This document shows positions 1-12,026 of a stretch of 64,000 bases of DNA, in pieces (position 1 is the first letter of the stretch; each line of letters begins with the position of its first letter). Under the pieces are notes generated by a model. That model searched no databases. It saw nothing but the letters and a program-made list of their open reading frames with translations, and was not told the origin of the DNA. The translations under genes and the position numbers were made by a program. The stretch comes from an uncultured Clostridia bacterium (GTDB lineage: Bacteria; Bacillota; Clostridia; Christensenellales; UBA1242): assembly GCA_944377485.1 (NCBI GenBank), contig CALWFB010000008.1, positions 456-64,455 of the forward strand. Direction: 5' to 3'.

Positions 1-97
1 CTAAAAAATTTATAAACAAAGGAGAACGAAAGATGGAAAAATTGTATATTGCGTGCGATAAGGTACAAATTCTTATATCTCAGCAAAAGTTGTTGAA

Positions 98-355
98 GTG
101 CGTGATTTAGGAACACAATATGAATTTTTAGCTGATGTGACAGCAGAAATCGTTTTAAACAATACTCCATCAATGACATATACATATTATCAATCAAAAA
201 TAAAACCAAATGCAAACATATCAGAAAAAAAAGTTGTGTACGTTTGCTCAGTGTGTGGATATGTCTATGAAGGTGATGAATTACCTAAGGACTACATTTG
301 TCCATTATGTCTACATGATGCATCATATTTTGTTAAAAAAGAGATTTCAGAATAA
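98..355 (+). CDS. Rubredoxin-domain protein, probably the C-terminal remnant of a flavin reductase-rubredoxin (Hrb-type) fusion
   Basis: The C-terminus CSVCGYVYEG...ICPLC gives the two CxxC knuckles of a rubredoxin fold. The N-terminal part (VEVRDLGTQYEFLADVTAEIV...MTYTYYQ) resembles the last strands of an FMN-binding split-barrel flavin reductase. A GTG start is assumed. In-frame stops lie upstream at 2-4 and 59-61. Confidence 0.5.
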   Translation: MRDLGTQYEFLADVTAEIVLNNTPSMTYTYYQSKIKPNANISEKKVVYVCSVCGYVYEGDELPKDYICPLCLHDASYFVKKEISE

Positions 356-479
356 AAAACTAAATTGTTAGCACATAGACTTAAAAAATGGCGTAATAAT
401 TCACACCATTTTTTTATTATTTAAAACATCTTAAATACAGTTTTTTTTCGTGGATGAGCATATGTTAAACTAAAACAAA

Positions 480-1832
480 TTAGAAACCACCACCCATCAA
501 ATTTTTCATAATTTTCATTTTTCCGCCGTATGCCTTAGGATTTTTCATCATTTTCATCATTTCTTTACTTTGGTTAAATTGTTTGATTAAAAGATTTACA
601 TCACTAACTTCAACACCTGCACCTTTTGCAATCCTCTGACGTCTACTACCATTAATTATATCAGGATTAGCACGTTCTTTTGGGGTCATAGATTGAATTA
701 TTGCCTTATTCTTTTCCAATTTCTTTTCATCTATTTGGTCTTCAATCTGTTTTAATTTGCCGCCAATACCTGGCATCATAGATAAAACAGATTTTAATCC
801 TCCCATCTTTTTAAGTGAATTTACTTGCTCAATATAATCATTTAGGTCAAAACTGTTTTCTTTGAATTTTCGTTCTAATTCTTTCGCCGTCTTTTCATCA
901 ACCGCTTCTTGTGCTTTATCTATTAATGTCAAAACATCGCCCATTCCTAAAATTCGAGATGCCATTCTGTCTGGATAGAAAGGTTCAATATCCGTTAATT
1001 TTTCTCCTACTCCTACAAATTTAATTGGTTTACCGATTACTGACCTTATAGAAAGAGCCGCACCACCACGTGTATCACCATCAATCTTGGTTAAAACAAC
1101 ACCAGTCACGTCTAGTGCATCGTTGAATGCAGTAGAAACTGAAACTGCTTCCTGTCCAATCATTGCGTCAATAACCAATAAAATTTCAGTTGGATTAATT
1201 GCTTTTTTAATTTCTTTCAATTCTTGCATCAATTTTTCGTCAATCTGCAATCTGCCCGCTGTATCAATTATAACTGTATCAAGACTAAATTTTTCAGCAT
1301 ATTCTATTGCTTCTTTACAAGTCTTTATAGGATTTTGTGTCCCACGTTCAAACACATCTACCTGAATAGACTTACCTAAAACTTTTAATTGGTCAATAGC
1401 TGCAGGTCTATATATATCACACGCTACAAGTAATGGTTTTTTGCCTTCTTTTTTCAATTTCAAAGCAAGTTTTCCAGACATTGTAGTCTTACCACTTCCT
1501 TGCAAACCACACATCATAATAACCGTAGGTGGTTTTGGAGAAACATTTAATTTTTGATTCTCTCCTCCCATTAGTTCTATCAAATTATCTCTAACAATTT
1601 TTATAACCTGCTGTGTAGGAGTTAAACTTTTCAAAATTTCTTCACCAACAGCAAGCTCACTTACCTTAGCTATAAATTCTTTTGCAACAGAAAAATTAAC
1701 ATCAGCTTCTAATAGTGCCACACGAATTTCTCGCATTGCTTCTTTTATCTCCAAAGCTGTCAACTTGCCATGTTTTGTCATTTTGCTGAATATATGATTT
1801 AATCTTTCACTTAAACTAGAAAAAAGTGCCAT
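480..1832 (-). CDS. ffh: Signal recognition particle protein Ffh
   Basis: 450 aa. Contains GLQGSGKTT, DTAGR and TKIDGDTRGG NG-domain motifs and a Met-rich M-domain tail. Sits in ylxM-ffh synteny. Confidence 0.97.
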   Translation of the reverse strand: MALFSSLSERLNHIFSKMTKHGKLTALEIKEAMREIRVALLEADVNFSVAKEFIAKVSELAVGEEILKSLTPTQQVIKIVRDNLIELMGGENQKLNVSPKPPTVIMMCGLQGSGKTTMSGKLALKLKKEGKKPLLVACDIYRPAAIDQLKVLGKSIQVDVFERGTQNPIKTCKEAIEYAEKFSLDTVIIDTAGRLQIDEKLMQELKEIKKAINPTEILLVIDAMIGQEAVSVSTAFNDALDVTGVVLTKIDGDTRGGAALSIRSVIGKPIKFVGVGEKLTDIEPFYPDRMASRILGMGDVLTLIDKAQEAVDEKTAKELERKFKENSFDLNDYIEQVNSLKKMGGLKSVLSMMPGIGGKLKQIEDQIDEKKLEKNKAIIQSMTPKERANPDIINGSRRQRIAKGAGVEVSDVNLLIKQFNQSKEMMKMMKNPKAYGGKMKIMKNLMGGGF

Positions 1833-2152
1833 TAATTATCCTCCAAAACTGATATCAATTCTAATCTTGTTGCCATGTCAATTTGACTTGGAAGTTTATT
1901 CTCTATCAGTTGTTTTATTTTATCATCACGAGCAATAAAATGCAATTTATTTTCAATATTTTCTAATGAATTAATTGCGTTGTCCAAGCCATCTTTTACC
2001 GCCTGTCGACTTATCTTTAATTCTTCACTAACTTCTGATAAAGATAAATTATTATCAACATACATATTGATTATATTACTTTGTTTATCAGTTAATATAT
2101 TGCCATAATATTTCACCAATATTGCTATTTTTACACGTTCATTAATATCCAT
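1832..2152 (-). CDS. ylxM: YlxM/UPF0122 helix-turn-helix protein of the SRP operon
   Basis: 106 aa. Lies immediately upstream of ffh, overlapping it by one base. Carries an HTH-like LSLSEVSEELKISRQAV segment. Confidence 0.8.
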   Translation of the reverse strand: MDINERVKIAILVKYYGNILTDKQSNIINMYVDNNLSLSEVSEELKISRQAVKDGLDNAINSLENIENKLHFIARDDKIKQLIENKLPSQIDMATRLELISVLEDN

Positions 2153-2213
2153 TTTTAATCCTTTTTATTTGATAATTTATATATTTCTAATAAAATTAAT
2201 TATATTGAACAAA

Positions 2214-3077
2214 TTACATTAGAATTTTATCAACAAAACTAACTTTATCGAAAACTTCTAAATCATCAACCTTTTCTCCAAAACCTGTAAAAATTATAGG
2301 TACTTTTAATTCATTTATTATAGGATATACTACTCCACCTTTTGCCGTTCCATCAAGTTTTGTCAGTATTATACCATCAATATTTACACTATCTTTAAAT
2401 GCTTTTACTTGTGCAATTGAATTTTGTCCAATTGAAGCATCTAACACAATTAAGTTCAATTTTTTTGCTTCTGGATACTCCCTATTCACTATATTATTAA
2501 TTTTTTCTAACTCTTTCATTAAATTAGTCTTAGTATGCAATCTTCCCGCAGTATCAACGATTAAAACATCATTATTTTTTGATTTCATGCTTGTTATTGC
2601 ATCAAACACAACGGCAGCAGAATCTGCACCCTCGCCTTGTTTTACAATTTTAACTTTTAATTTATCAGCCCAATTTGACAATTGCTCTGTTGCCGCAGCA
2701 CGGAAAGTGTCTCCGGCGGCTAATAAAACCAATTTTTTCTTGTTTTGAAAATATTTTGTCATTTTAGCAATAGATGTGGTTTTACCAACACCATTAACAC
2801 CAACTACGGTAATAATCAATGGATAAGTAAATTCTATTTTATCAGCTTCCAATCTATCAATCAAAATTTGTTTTAATTCAATTTGTGCATGTTCTGTATC
2901 TTTAATTAATTTCTTTTTGCAAATTGAGCGTAAATCATCCATGATATCTAACGCTGTTTCTACACCCATATCACTAGAAACCAAAATAGATTCTAATTCA
3001 TCATAGAAATCATCATTGAGTTCAGTACGTTTGAATGTATATTTTAATTTGTCAAAAAATCTTTTAAATATTCCCAT
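2214..3077 (-). CDS. ftsY: SRP receptor FtsY (short Firmicute form)
   Basis: Contains GVNGVGKTT, DTAGR and TKLDGTAKGG. Start moved from the ORF-track start to the ATG at 3077, which follows AAGGAG (3082-3087). Confidence 0.95.
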   Translation of the reverse strand: MGIFKRFFDKLKYTFKRTELNDDFYDELESILVSSDMGVETALDIMDDLRSICKKKLIKDTEHAQIELKQILIDRLEADKIEFTYPLIITVVGVNGVGKTTSIAKMTKYFQNKKKLVLLAAGDTFRAAATEQLSNWADKLKVKIVKQGEGADSAAVVFDAITSMKSKNNDVLIVDTAGRLHTKTNLMKELEKINNIVNREYPEAKKLNLIVLDASIGQNSIAQVKAFKDSVNIDGIILTKLDGTAKGGVVYPIINELKVPIIFTGFGEKVDDLEVFDKVSFVDKILM

Positions 3078-3135
3078 ATATCTCCTTATAATAAAATATA
3101 TAGTGTATATCGAAATCAATATACACTAGATATTA

Positions 3136-6100
3136 CTATGAATTTGTATCTGCAACTTTAACTGCATCACTAAGTTTAACAGACACAATTTTGCTGACAC
3201 CCTTTTCTTCCATTGTCACACCATAAAGCGAATCAGCGAGCTCCATTGTTGGTTTTCTGTGTGTGATAACAATAAACTGCGTATCATCACTAAATCTTTT
3301 TAAATACCTTGCATATCTTTCTATGTTAGCATCATCAAGAGCAGCTTCAATTTCGTCCAAAAAGCAGAATGGCATAGGTTTTAATTTTAATATTGCAAAT
3401 AATATTGCAATTGCCGTCATTGTCTTCTCTCCACCACTAAGCAATGAAATCTGTTGCAAAACTTTACCTGGTGGTTGTGCAATAATTTCCACACCAGCAG
3501 TCAATGGGTCTTCACTAGGCAAAAGTTCCAATCTCGCATTACCACCACCAAAGAGTTCCTTAAATACCTTAGTGAAATTTTCTTGAATTTTGACAAATTC
3601 CGTATTGAACTTTTCTAGCATCTCAGCTGACAAATCTTTAATAATTTTAACGGCATCTTCTTCTGCTTTCTTCAAGTCTTCAATCTGAGCATTCATCTCT
3701 TCATATCTAGCACCTTCTGACTTGTATTCTTCAATAGCATTTATATTTACATATCCAAGAGCGGTTATCTGATTCTTGATTTTATTTATTCTTATCATCA
3801 CATCTTTAATGTCAAAATCCTCATCTTGTGATTTAAATGGAAGACAATCATTATATGTCATTTCATATTCTTCAAAAATACGTTCTTGCATGTTTTCTAT
3901 ATCTAGGTCAACTTTTTGCAATCTAGATTCTTCTTGATATATCTTATTATTTAACCTTGCTATATCATTAGATAATACAGTCTTTTTGTCATCCAAATCT
4001 TTTAATTCTTTCATTAAAGTTTGTTTAAATTCATCAAATTGTGCAAGTTTGGTATTCAAATCTGCCAATGTACGTTTGATTTCATCAATTTCTGAATCAT
4101 CATTTTTTGATTTGTTCATTAACATTGCTTCATCGTAAACTTTTTGTTGAGCATTCAATTCGTTTTCTACTCGCTCAATTGATTTTTTTACATTCTCTAA
4201 TTCTGATGCATAACTTTCAATGTCTTTATTTAATGACCTTATTTTCTCTTCTATTGATGCAATTTTAACTTTTGATTGCATCATGTTTTCTTGGTATTCA
4301 TCACGTTTTTGTTTTAATTCTTCATACGCATTTTTGCTATCATCGGTGATTTCACCAACTTTTGCTTGTGACGTTGCATATTCTAGTTCAACTTTATCAA
4401 TAGAATTAATTTTGGTGTCTAAATCATTGACTATATTCTCAGCAATCTTTAATTGACTATTTAAACTAAATACGTCCTCTTCTATTGCTTCTAAATTTTG
4501 TTTTAAACTTTCTAATTTAGTATTTTTTGCATAAAATTCATTATTAAGATTTTGCAAAGAAGAACTTTCATTTTCTAACAAATCTTTTAATTTGTTTTGT
4601 GCGGAAATATAAGATTGTAATTGAGATTCATCAGATTCTAATTCTTTTGTTTTATCTTCAATGTTTTTAGCCAAATTCTTGATTTCTGTCTCTTTACTAA
4701 GCAGTGAACTATCATTACTCTTTTTGCTACCACCAGACATGCTTCCTTGCGGTGATAATACATCTCCATCTAAGGTGACAATTCTAAATGAATAATTGCT
4801 TCTTTTCGCAATCGCTACTGCATTGTCAAGATTATCACAAACTACGGTAGAACCCAACAAACTATCTATAACTGGCTTATAAATTGCATCCGTTTTTACC
4901 AATTCACTAGCAATCCCCAGACAACCCGTACTATTTAAATAGTTCCTATCATTTGATGACAAACTTCTTGGTTTTACAGCACTTATAGGTAAAAATGTTG
5001 CTCTTCCAAGTCTGGTTTCTTTTAAATAATTAATCAAAACTTTCGCATCGTTTTCATCTTTTGTGACAATATTTTGTATACTACCACCTAGTGCAATTTC
5101 TATTGCCTGCTGGAATTTAGGTTCAACTGTAATAATATTTCCAACCACACCTTTTATTGCACTATTTAATTTTGGATTGTTCTTTCCGTCTTGAAGCAAA
5201 CGCTTAACTGCAAATTGATATCCTTCAAAATCAGCTTGCAAATTTGATAAAATATTTTTTCTATTAGTATCATTTGATATACTTGTTTTTAGTGCATAAA
5301 TGCGAGAATTCAATTCATCAATTGACTGATTGACAGATTGCATCTTTTGATTAATTTTATTGATATTTTCAGATTTTGTATCTTGTGATTTTTTTATTGA
5401 ATCCACTTCATTTTGCAATCTGGAATATTCAGATTCAACGTTTAACTTTTCCTTGTTTAATTCTGTCAACTTTTCTTTATCTTGTTCGATATTTTCACGC
5501 ATTGTGTCACGTTTCGCAATATATGCTGACAAATTTGATTTTATATCTGTCAATTTTGCTAAATTATCAATCATTGCACGCTGATTTTCTTCTTTCTCAC
5601 CTTCGCTTTTGGTTAATTCATCAATTAATTGCAAATATTTTTCTGACAACGACTGAGATTCAGAATATAATTTATTCAAATTTTCTTTTTCTTCATCTCT
5701 CAGTGACGTTGCTGATTGAATTAATGCCATCTTCTGATTGTAATCTAATCTATAATTTTCTAACTCATTATTCAATCTATCTAACTGCTCTTTTAAATAT
5801 CTTGTTTGCTCATTTAATAATCTTGTATCTCCCTGTTTCTTTTCAAGAGCTACAGTATTATGTAATACTTGCTCGTGTAATTCACTTGCTTTTTTGTCTA
5901 ATTGATTGATTTCATTTAATGATTTGTCATATTTAGCTTGTTCTGTCTGTAAACTGTTATCTAAAATATTTAAATTATCTTTATACCCTTGCAACTTTTG
6001 ATTAATTTCTTCTTTTGTTTGTGCAGCATGGTCATATTGATATATATAAGCATTAATTTCTAAATTCTTTAATATATCACGATATTCTAAATATTTTTTA

Positions 6101-6738
6101 GCATCTTCGCTCTGTTTTTTTAATGGACCCAATCTTCGTTCAACTTCACCAATGATATCGCCTGCTCGACTTAAATTATCACGAACTCTTTCAAGACGAT
6201 TTTCCGTTTCCACTTTCCTAGCTTTATATTTTGCAATTCCTGCAGCTTCTTCAAATATTGCTCGTCTCTCTTCCGGTTTTGATTGTATAATCTCTTCTAC
6301 TCGTCCCTGACCAATGATTGAATATCCGTCTTTACCTATACCGCTATCATATAATAAATCACGTATATCTTTTAATCTACAAGGTTTTCTATTGATTTGA
6401 TAATCACTTTCACCACTACGATAAAGTTTTCTTGTGATAACTACTTCATCATATTCAATATTAAACCATTTATTTGTATTATCAAAAACTAGTGAAACTT
6501 CACAATAACTTAATTTCTTACGTTTTTCTGTACCTGCAAAAATAACATCTTGCATTGACTTACCACGCAAAGCCTTACTAGACTGTTCGCCTAGCACCCA
6601 ACGAATAGCATCGCTGACATTTGATTTTCCACAACCATTTGGACCAACAATAGCCGTAATACCACCATCAAAGTTGATATGTGTTTCGTCTGCAAAGGAT
6701 TTGAACCCTGCCATTTCTATTTCTTTAAAAGTAATCAT
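3136..6738 (-). CDS. smc: Chromosome partition protein SMC
   Basis: 1200 aa. Has Walker A GPNGCGKSN, long coiled-coil arms, a central hinge, the LSGGEK signature and Walker B CFLDEIEAALD. Confidence 0.97.
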   Translation of the reverse strand: MITFKEIEMAGFKSFADETHINFDGGITAIVGPNGCGKSNVSDAIRWVLGEQSSKALRGKSMQDVIFAGTEKRKKLSYCEVSLVFDNTNKWFNIEYDEVVITRKLYRSGESDYQINRKPCRLKDIRDLLYDSGIGKDGYSIIGQGRVEEIIQSKPEERRAIFEEAAGIAKYKARKVETENRLERVRDNLSRAGDIIGEVERRLGPLKKQSEDAKKYLEYRDILKNLEINAYIYQYDHAAQTKEEINQKLQGYKDNLNILDNSLQTEQAKYDKSLNEINQLDKKASELHEQVLHNTVALEKKQGDTRLLNEQTRYLKEQLDRLNNELENYRLDYNQKMALIQSATSLRDEEKENLNKLYSESQSLSEKYLQLIDELTKSEGEKEENQRAMIDNLAKLTDIKSNLSAYIAKRDTMRENIEQDKEKLTELNKEKLNVESEYSRLQNEVDSIKKSQDTKSENINKINQKMQSVNQSIDELNSRIYALKTSISNDTNRKNILSNLQADFEGYQFAVKRLLQDGKNNPKLNSAIKGVVGNIITVEPKFQQAIEIALGGSIQNIVTKDENDAKVLINYLKETRLGRATFLPISAVKPRSLSSNDRNYLNSTGCLGIASELVKTDAIYKPVIDSLLGSTVVCDNLDNAVAIAKRSNYSFRIVTLDGDVLSPQGSMSGGSKKSNDSSLLSKETEIKNLAKNIEDKTKELESDESQLQSYISAQNKLKDLLENESSSLQNLNNEFYAKNTKLESLKQNLEAIEEDVFSLNSQLKIAENIVNDLDTKINSIDKVELEYATSQAKVGEITDDSKNAYEELKQKRDEYQENMMQSKVKIASIEEKIRSLNKDIESYASELENVKKSIERVENELNAQQKVYDEAMLMNKSKNDDSEIDEIKRTLADLNTKLAQFDEFKQTLMKELKDLDDKKTVLSNDIARLNNKIYQEESRLQKVDLDIENMQERIFEEYEMTYNDCLPFKSQDEDFDIKDVMIRINKIKNQITALGYVNINAIEEYKSEGARYEEMNAQIEDLKKAEEDAVKIIKDLSAEMLEKFNTEFVKIQENFTKVFKELFGGGNARLELLPSEDPLTAGVEIIAQPPGKVLQQISLLSGGEKTMTAIAILFAILKLKPMPFCFLDEIEAALDDANIERYARYLKRFSDDTQFIVITHRKPTMELADSLYGVTMEEKGVSKIVSVKLSDAVKVADTNS

Positions 6739-6902
6739 TTGGACCCCAATTATTTAATTACAAACAACCGTCAATCTTTTGTAATTCAATATGATATATT
6801 ATATCAAAAAATTATGATTATTTCAAATCAAATTCAATAGTATAATAAAAAAATTACTTATATAAAGTAATCTTTTTAAATAAATTTTCCATAATTTAAC
6901 AA

Positions 6903-8918
<2,016 letters not shown>

Positions 8919-8921
8919 TTA

Positions 8922-11156
8922 TTAATCAACAAACTCAATAGGTGCATAGTCAAGTGATAACATCTTTTCGCCAACACCATCAAATTTGATTTTCACACAA
9001 TGATTGCTTGAATTTGGCGTCACTTCCGTTATCTCTCCCAAGCCAAATTTAGGGTGATTAACTTTTGCTCCCACTTTTATTTTAGAAAAATCAATAGACT
9101 TCTTTTCTATCGTATTTTTATTAAATGTATAATTAAATGATTTGTTTTGATTAGATTCTAAATTATTCATATTTCCTCCTGTATATTTATTGTAATTATT
9201 AGAATTATTATATTTGTTATAACCGTTGTAATTATTATATGTTGTATAATTTGAATTTATTTGTCTATCAGATACAAGGTCCAATTCATAAAGAAATCTA
9301 GATTTTGCACTATATTCTCTTCTTCCATACATATATCTAGATGAACTGCTTGTGATAACTAAATTTTTCTTAGCACGAGTGATTGCAACATACATAAGCC
9401 TTCTTTCTTCTTCAATATCATCATTATCATCACGAGAAATTGGAAAGATTTTTTCTTCACAGCCAACAATATACACAGTATCAAATTCCAAACCCTTTGC
9501 ACCATGAACTGTTGCAATTACGACCCCTTTACCATCATCATTATCCATTGCACTAGACAATGTGACTGATTGTAGATAATCAATTATTGTTGCATCTTGA
9601 TTTGCTTCTTCGTATTCTCTGACTGAATTTACTAAGGAACCAATGTTCAAATATCTTTCGTAATCTTGTTCATTCTCTAAATCAAAAGATTTTAAAACAT
9701 TGGTTTTTTCCAACATATAAGTAAAAAACTCATACATGCTCAATTTATCTATATTTTCTTGCAAATCTAAAAATAAAGTTTTTAAATCTTTCAATTTATC
9801 TTTTAGTGCAGTTGGTAAAATTTCGTTTTCATAATTCATTACAACTTCTTTTAATGGCATTTTATTTTTAGCCGAAATTTCAAGAAGTTTTTCAATACTC
9901 GTCTCTCCTATTCCTCGTTTAGGGAAATTGATAATTCTAGCAAAACTTATATCATCACTTGGATTGACAATAGCTGTTAAATATGCCAAAACACTTTTAA
10001 TTTCAGCACGTTCAAAGAATTTAAAACCATTATACATAATATGTGGAATGCTATAATTTAGTAGTTTCTCTTCAAATGTTCTACTTAGCGCATTTAATCT
10101 CATTAAAATCGCCATTTCATGATAAGGAACTCCGGATTCATACATTCTAATGATTGAACGAATTACAAAATCAGCTTCATCAGATTCGCTCATCGCTTGA
10201 TAATAAAAAACATCAGTTCCGTCTTCATTTTCTGTATAAAGCTTCTTTTCAAGACGATTGCGATTGTTTTTTATTATCAAATTTGCTCTATCTAAAATCT
10301 TCTTTGTGCTTCGATAATTTTGTTCTAATTTAAAAATTTTTGCATCTGGAAAATCTTTTGTAAAATTGAATATGTTATCAATGTTTGCACCTCGCCAACC
10401 ATATATTGATTGGTCTTCATCTCCTACTATCAAAACATTTCTCGTCTTAGATGCTAAAAGTTTAACTATATCATATTGGATTTTATTGGTATCCTGAAAT
10501 TCATCAACACTAAAATATGTATACTTGTTTTGAATGCTGTCTAAAACCTCTTGATTGGTGCTAATTAAATTATAAAAATTTATTAGCAAATCATCAAAAT
10601 CCATTGCATTATTTTTGATTAATTCATTTTGATATGTTCGATAGAATCGTTCAAATTCAATAATTGTACTGTCATATTTGAATATTTTTACATATTCTTC
10701 AATACTCATATTGTCATTTTTAATTACTGAAATATTATGCTTGAATTCATCTTTAATGTTTTCATCAGAAATATTCATTTCTTTGAAAATATCTTTCATT
10801 AGTTTACTTGTGTCATTATCACTATAAATTGTAAAATTTTCTTTATAATTTGGAATAAAACTCGCATAGGCTCTAAGCATTCTAGCACAAAAACTATGAA
10901 ATGTACTGACTGTCACTAATTCACCATCTGGTGCAATTTTTTCTATCCTTTCTTTCATTTCATTAGCGGCTTTATTTGTAAATGTAATTGCAAGAATTTT
11001 ATGTGCAGGAACATTACATTCTGTAATTAGATATGCGATTCTATACGTCAAAAGGCGTGTCTTTCCACTTCCCGCCCCTGCACTGACAAGAACTGGACCT
11101 TCTGTACACACCACAGCATTATATTGTTCATTGTTTAGTAATGTCTTGTAATCCAT
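8922..11156 (-). CDS. pcrA: ATP-dependent DNA helicase PcrA/UvrD family
   Basis: 744 aa. Contains AGAGSGKT, DEFQDTN and VHGAKGLEFD. An N/Y-rich linker precedes a C-terminal Tudor-like KFGLGEITEV domain. Sits in pcrA-ligA synteny. Confidence 0.93.
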   Translation of the reverse strand: MDYKTLLNNEQYNAVVCTEGPVLVSAGAGSGKTRLLTYRIAYLITECNVPAHKILAITFTNKAANEMKERIEKIAPDGELVTVSTFHSFCARMLRAYASFIPNYKENFTIYSDNDTSKLMKDIFKEMNISDENIKDEFKHNISVIKNDNMSIEEYVKIFKYDSTIIEFERFYRTYQNELIKNNAMDFDDLLINFYNLISTNQEVLDSIQNKYTYFSVDEFQDTNKIQYDIVKLLASKTRNVLIVGDEDQSIYGWRGANIDNIFNFTKDFPDAKIFKLEQNYRSTKKILDRANLIIKNNRNRLEKKLYTENEDGTDVFYYQAMSESDEADFVIRSIIRMYESGVPYHEMAILMRLNALSRTFEEKLLNYSIPHIMYNGFKFFERAEIKSVLAYLTAIVNPSDDISFARIINFPKRGIGETSIEKLLEISAKNKMPLKEVVMNYENEILPTALKDKLKDLKTLFLDLQENIDKLSMYEFFTYMLEKTNVLKSFDLENEQDYERYLNIGSLVNSVREYEEANQDATIIDYLQSVTLSSAMDNDDGKGVVIATVHGAKGLEFDTVYIVGCEEKIFPISRDDNDDIEEERRLMYVAITRAKKNLVITSSSSRYMYGRREYSAKSRFLYELDLVSDRQINSNYTTYNNYNGYNKYNNSNNYNKYTGGNMNNLESNQNKSFNYTFNKNTIEKKSIDFSKIKVGAKVNHPKFGLGEITEVTPNSSNHCVKIKFDGVGEKMLSLDYAPIEFVD

Positions 11157-11321
11157 AAATTAATTATACCAAATAAAAAGAAAAAACAAAATGTTTTTAT
11201 CTTTAAAATAAAATTTTAATTAGTTTTTATTAAATAAAAATAAATATTTAAATCTATCCATATATTAAATCAATTCATAAGCAAACTAATGTTTAATGAA
11301 ATTTTTCTAATGTTTCCTAAT

Positions 11322-11345
11322 AAAAAACACTAGTATAAACTAGTG
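11322..11345 (-). terminator. Intrinsic terminator after rpsU
   Basis: Stem CACTAGT / ACTAGTG (11328-11334, 11339-11345), followed by a T-run on the minus strand. Confidence 0.6.
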
Positions 11346-11347
11346 AT

Positions 11348-11548
11348 TTAATAACGATTGCGTTTCATAGCACGTTTTCTAGCAGCTTTACTCTTTTCTT
11401 TACGTTTAACGCTAGGCTTTTTATATTCAATATTTTTCTTTAAATCTCCGATAATTCCATCTTTTTGACATTTACGTTTAAAACGTTTTAATGCACTTTC
11501 AGGAGATTCGTTTTCCCCGCAACGAACTGTTGTCAATCTTTTCACCAC
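11348..11548 (-). CDS. rpsU: 30S ribosomal protein S21
   Basis: Contains ESPESALKRFKRKCQKDGI and a basic tail. The exact start is uncertain: GTG at 11548, or an in-frame TTG a few codons downstream, following AGGTGGTG. Confidence 0.9.
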   Translation of the reverse strand: MVKRLTTVRCGENESPESALKRFKRKCQKDGIIGDLKKNIEYKKPSVKRKEKSKAARKRAMKRNRY

Positions 11549-11683
11549 CTTTACTATAAATTCTATATTTTATAATAAACCAAAAAATGAATATTGTCAA
11601 CATATTTTTGCAATTTTCTAATCAAATGTAAAAAAATTGAAACAAAATTAATTTAATCACTAATAAAATTATCTATTAATCTA

Positions 11684-12013
11684 TTAAAATTCTTTTAATT
11701 TTTCTCCACCTAAAATATGAATATGAACATGTGATACCGCAGCATTCTCCCCTTGATTAATAAGTAATCTATATCCACCTACAAGCCCCAATTCTTCTTG
11801 TAAATGAGAAATTTTTAAAATTATCTTTCCTAGAACGCATGCGCCTTCTTCCGTCATCATTTCAATATGAGGCACATGAGTATAAGGTATTGCCACCAAA
11901 TGAATTTTTGCTCTTGGATTGATATCTTTTATAATCATAAAATCATCATCTGAATATAATATGGTACTAGGCAGTTCTCCTTTTCTTATTTTACAAAATA
12001 CACAATCTTCCAT
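11684..12013 (-). CDS. HIT-family (histidine triad) nucleotide hydrolase
   Basis: Has the HVHIHILGG triad and an N-terminal CVFC. Start set to the ATG at 12013, which follows GGAGG (12019-12023). Confidence 0.85.
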   Translation of the reverse strand: MEDCVFCKIRKGELPSTILYSDDDFMIIKDINPRAKIHLVAIPYTHVPHIEMMTEEGACVLGKIILKISHLQEELGLVGGYRLLINQGENAAVSHVHIHILGGEKLKEF

Positions 12014-12026
12014 TATAACCTCCAAA

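Noticed and set aside
1087-1365. Many 60-180 aa ORFs antisense to or nested in long conserved genes. Examples: 1087-1365, 3263-3586, 5376-5909, 8323-8814, 14016-14336, 18320-18631, 40597-41124, 43744-44187, 59238-59507 and 61769-62041.
   Set aside because: They lie entirely within strongly supported genes on the other strand or in another frame. They have no SD, and their Ser/Leu/Ile/Phe-rich translations are typical of shadow ORFs in AT-rich DNA.
2214-3119. Longer ORF-track N-termini for ftsY (3119), HIT (12037), the 32815 ORF, the 48538 ORF, lepA (51651), plsY (55604) and the U32 gene (63276).
   Set aside because: In each case an internal ATG matches the conserved family N-terminus and/or is preceded by an SD or a promoter. 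The extension overlaps promoter hexamers or encodes atypical residues.
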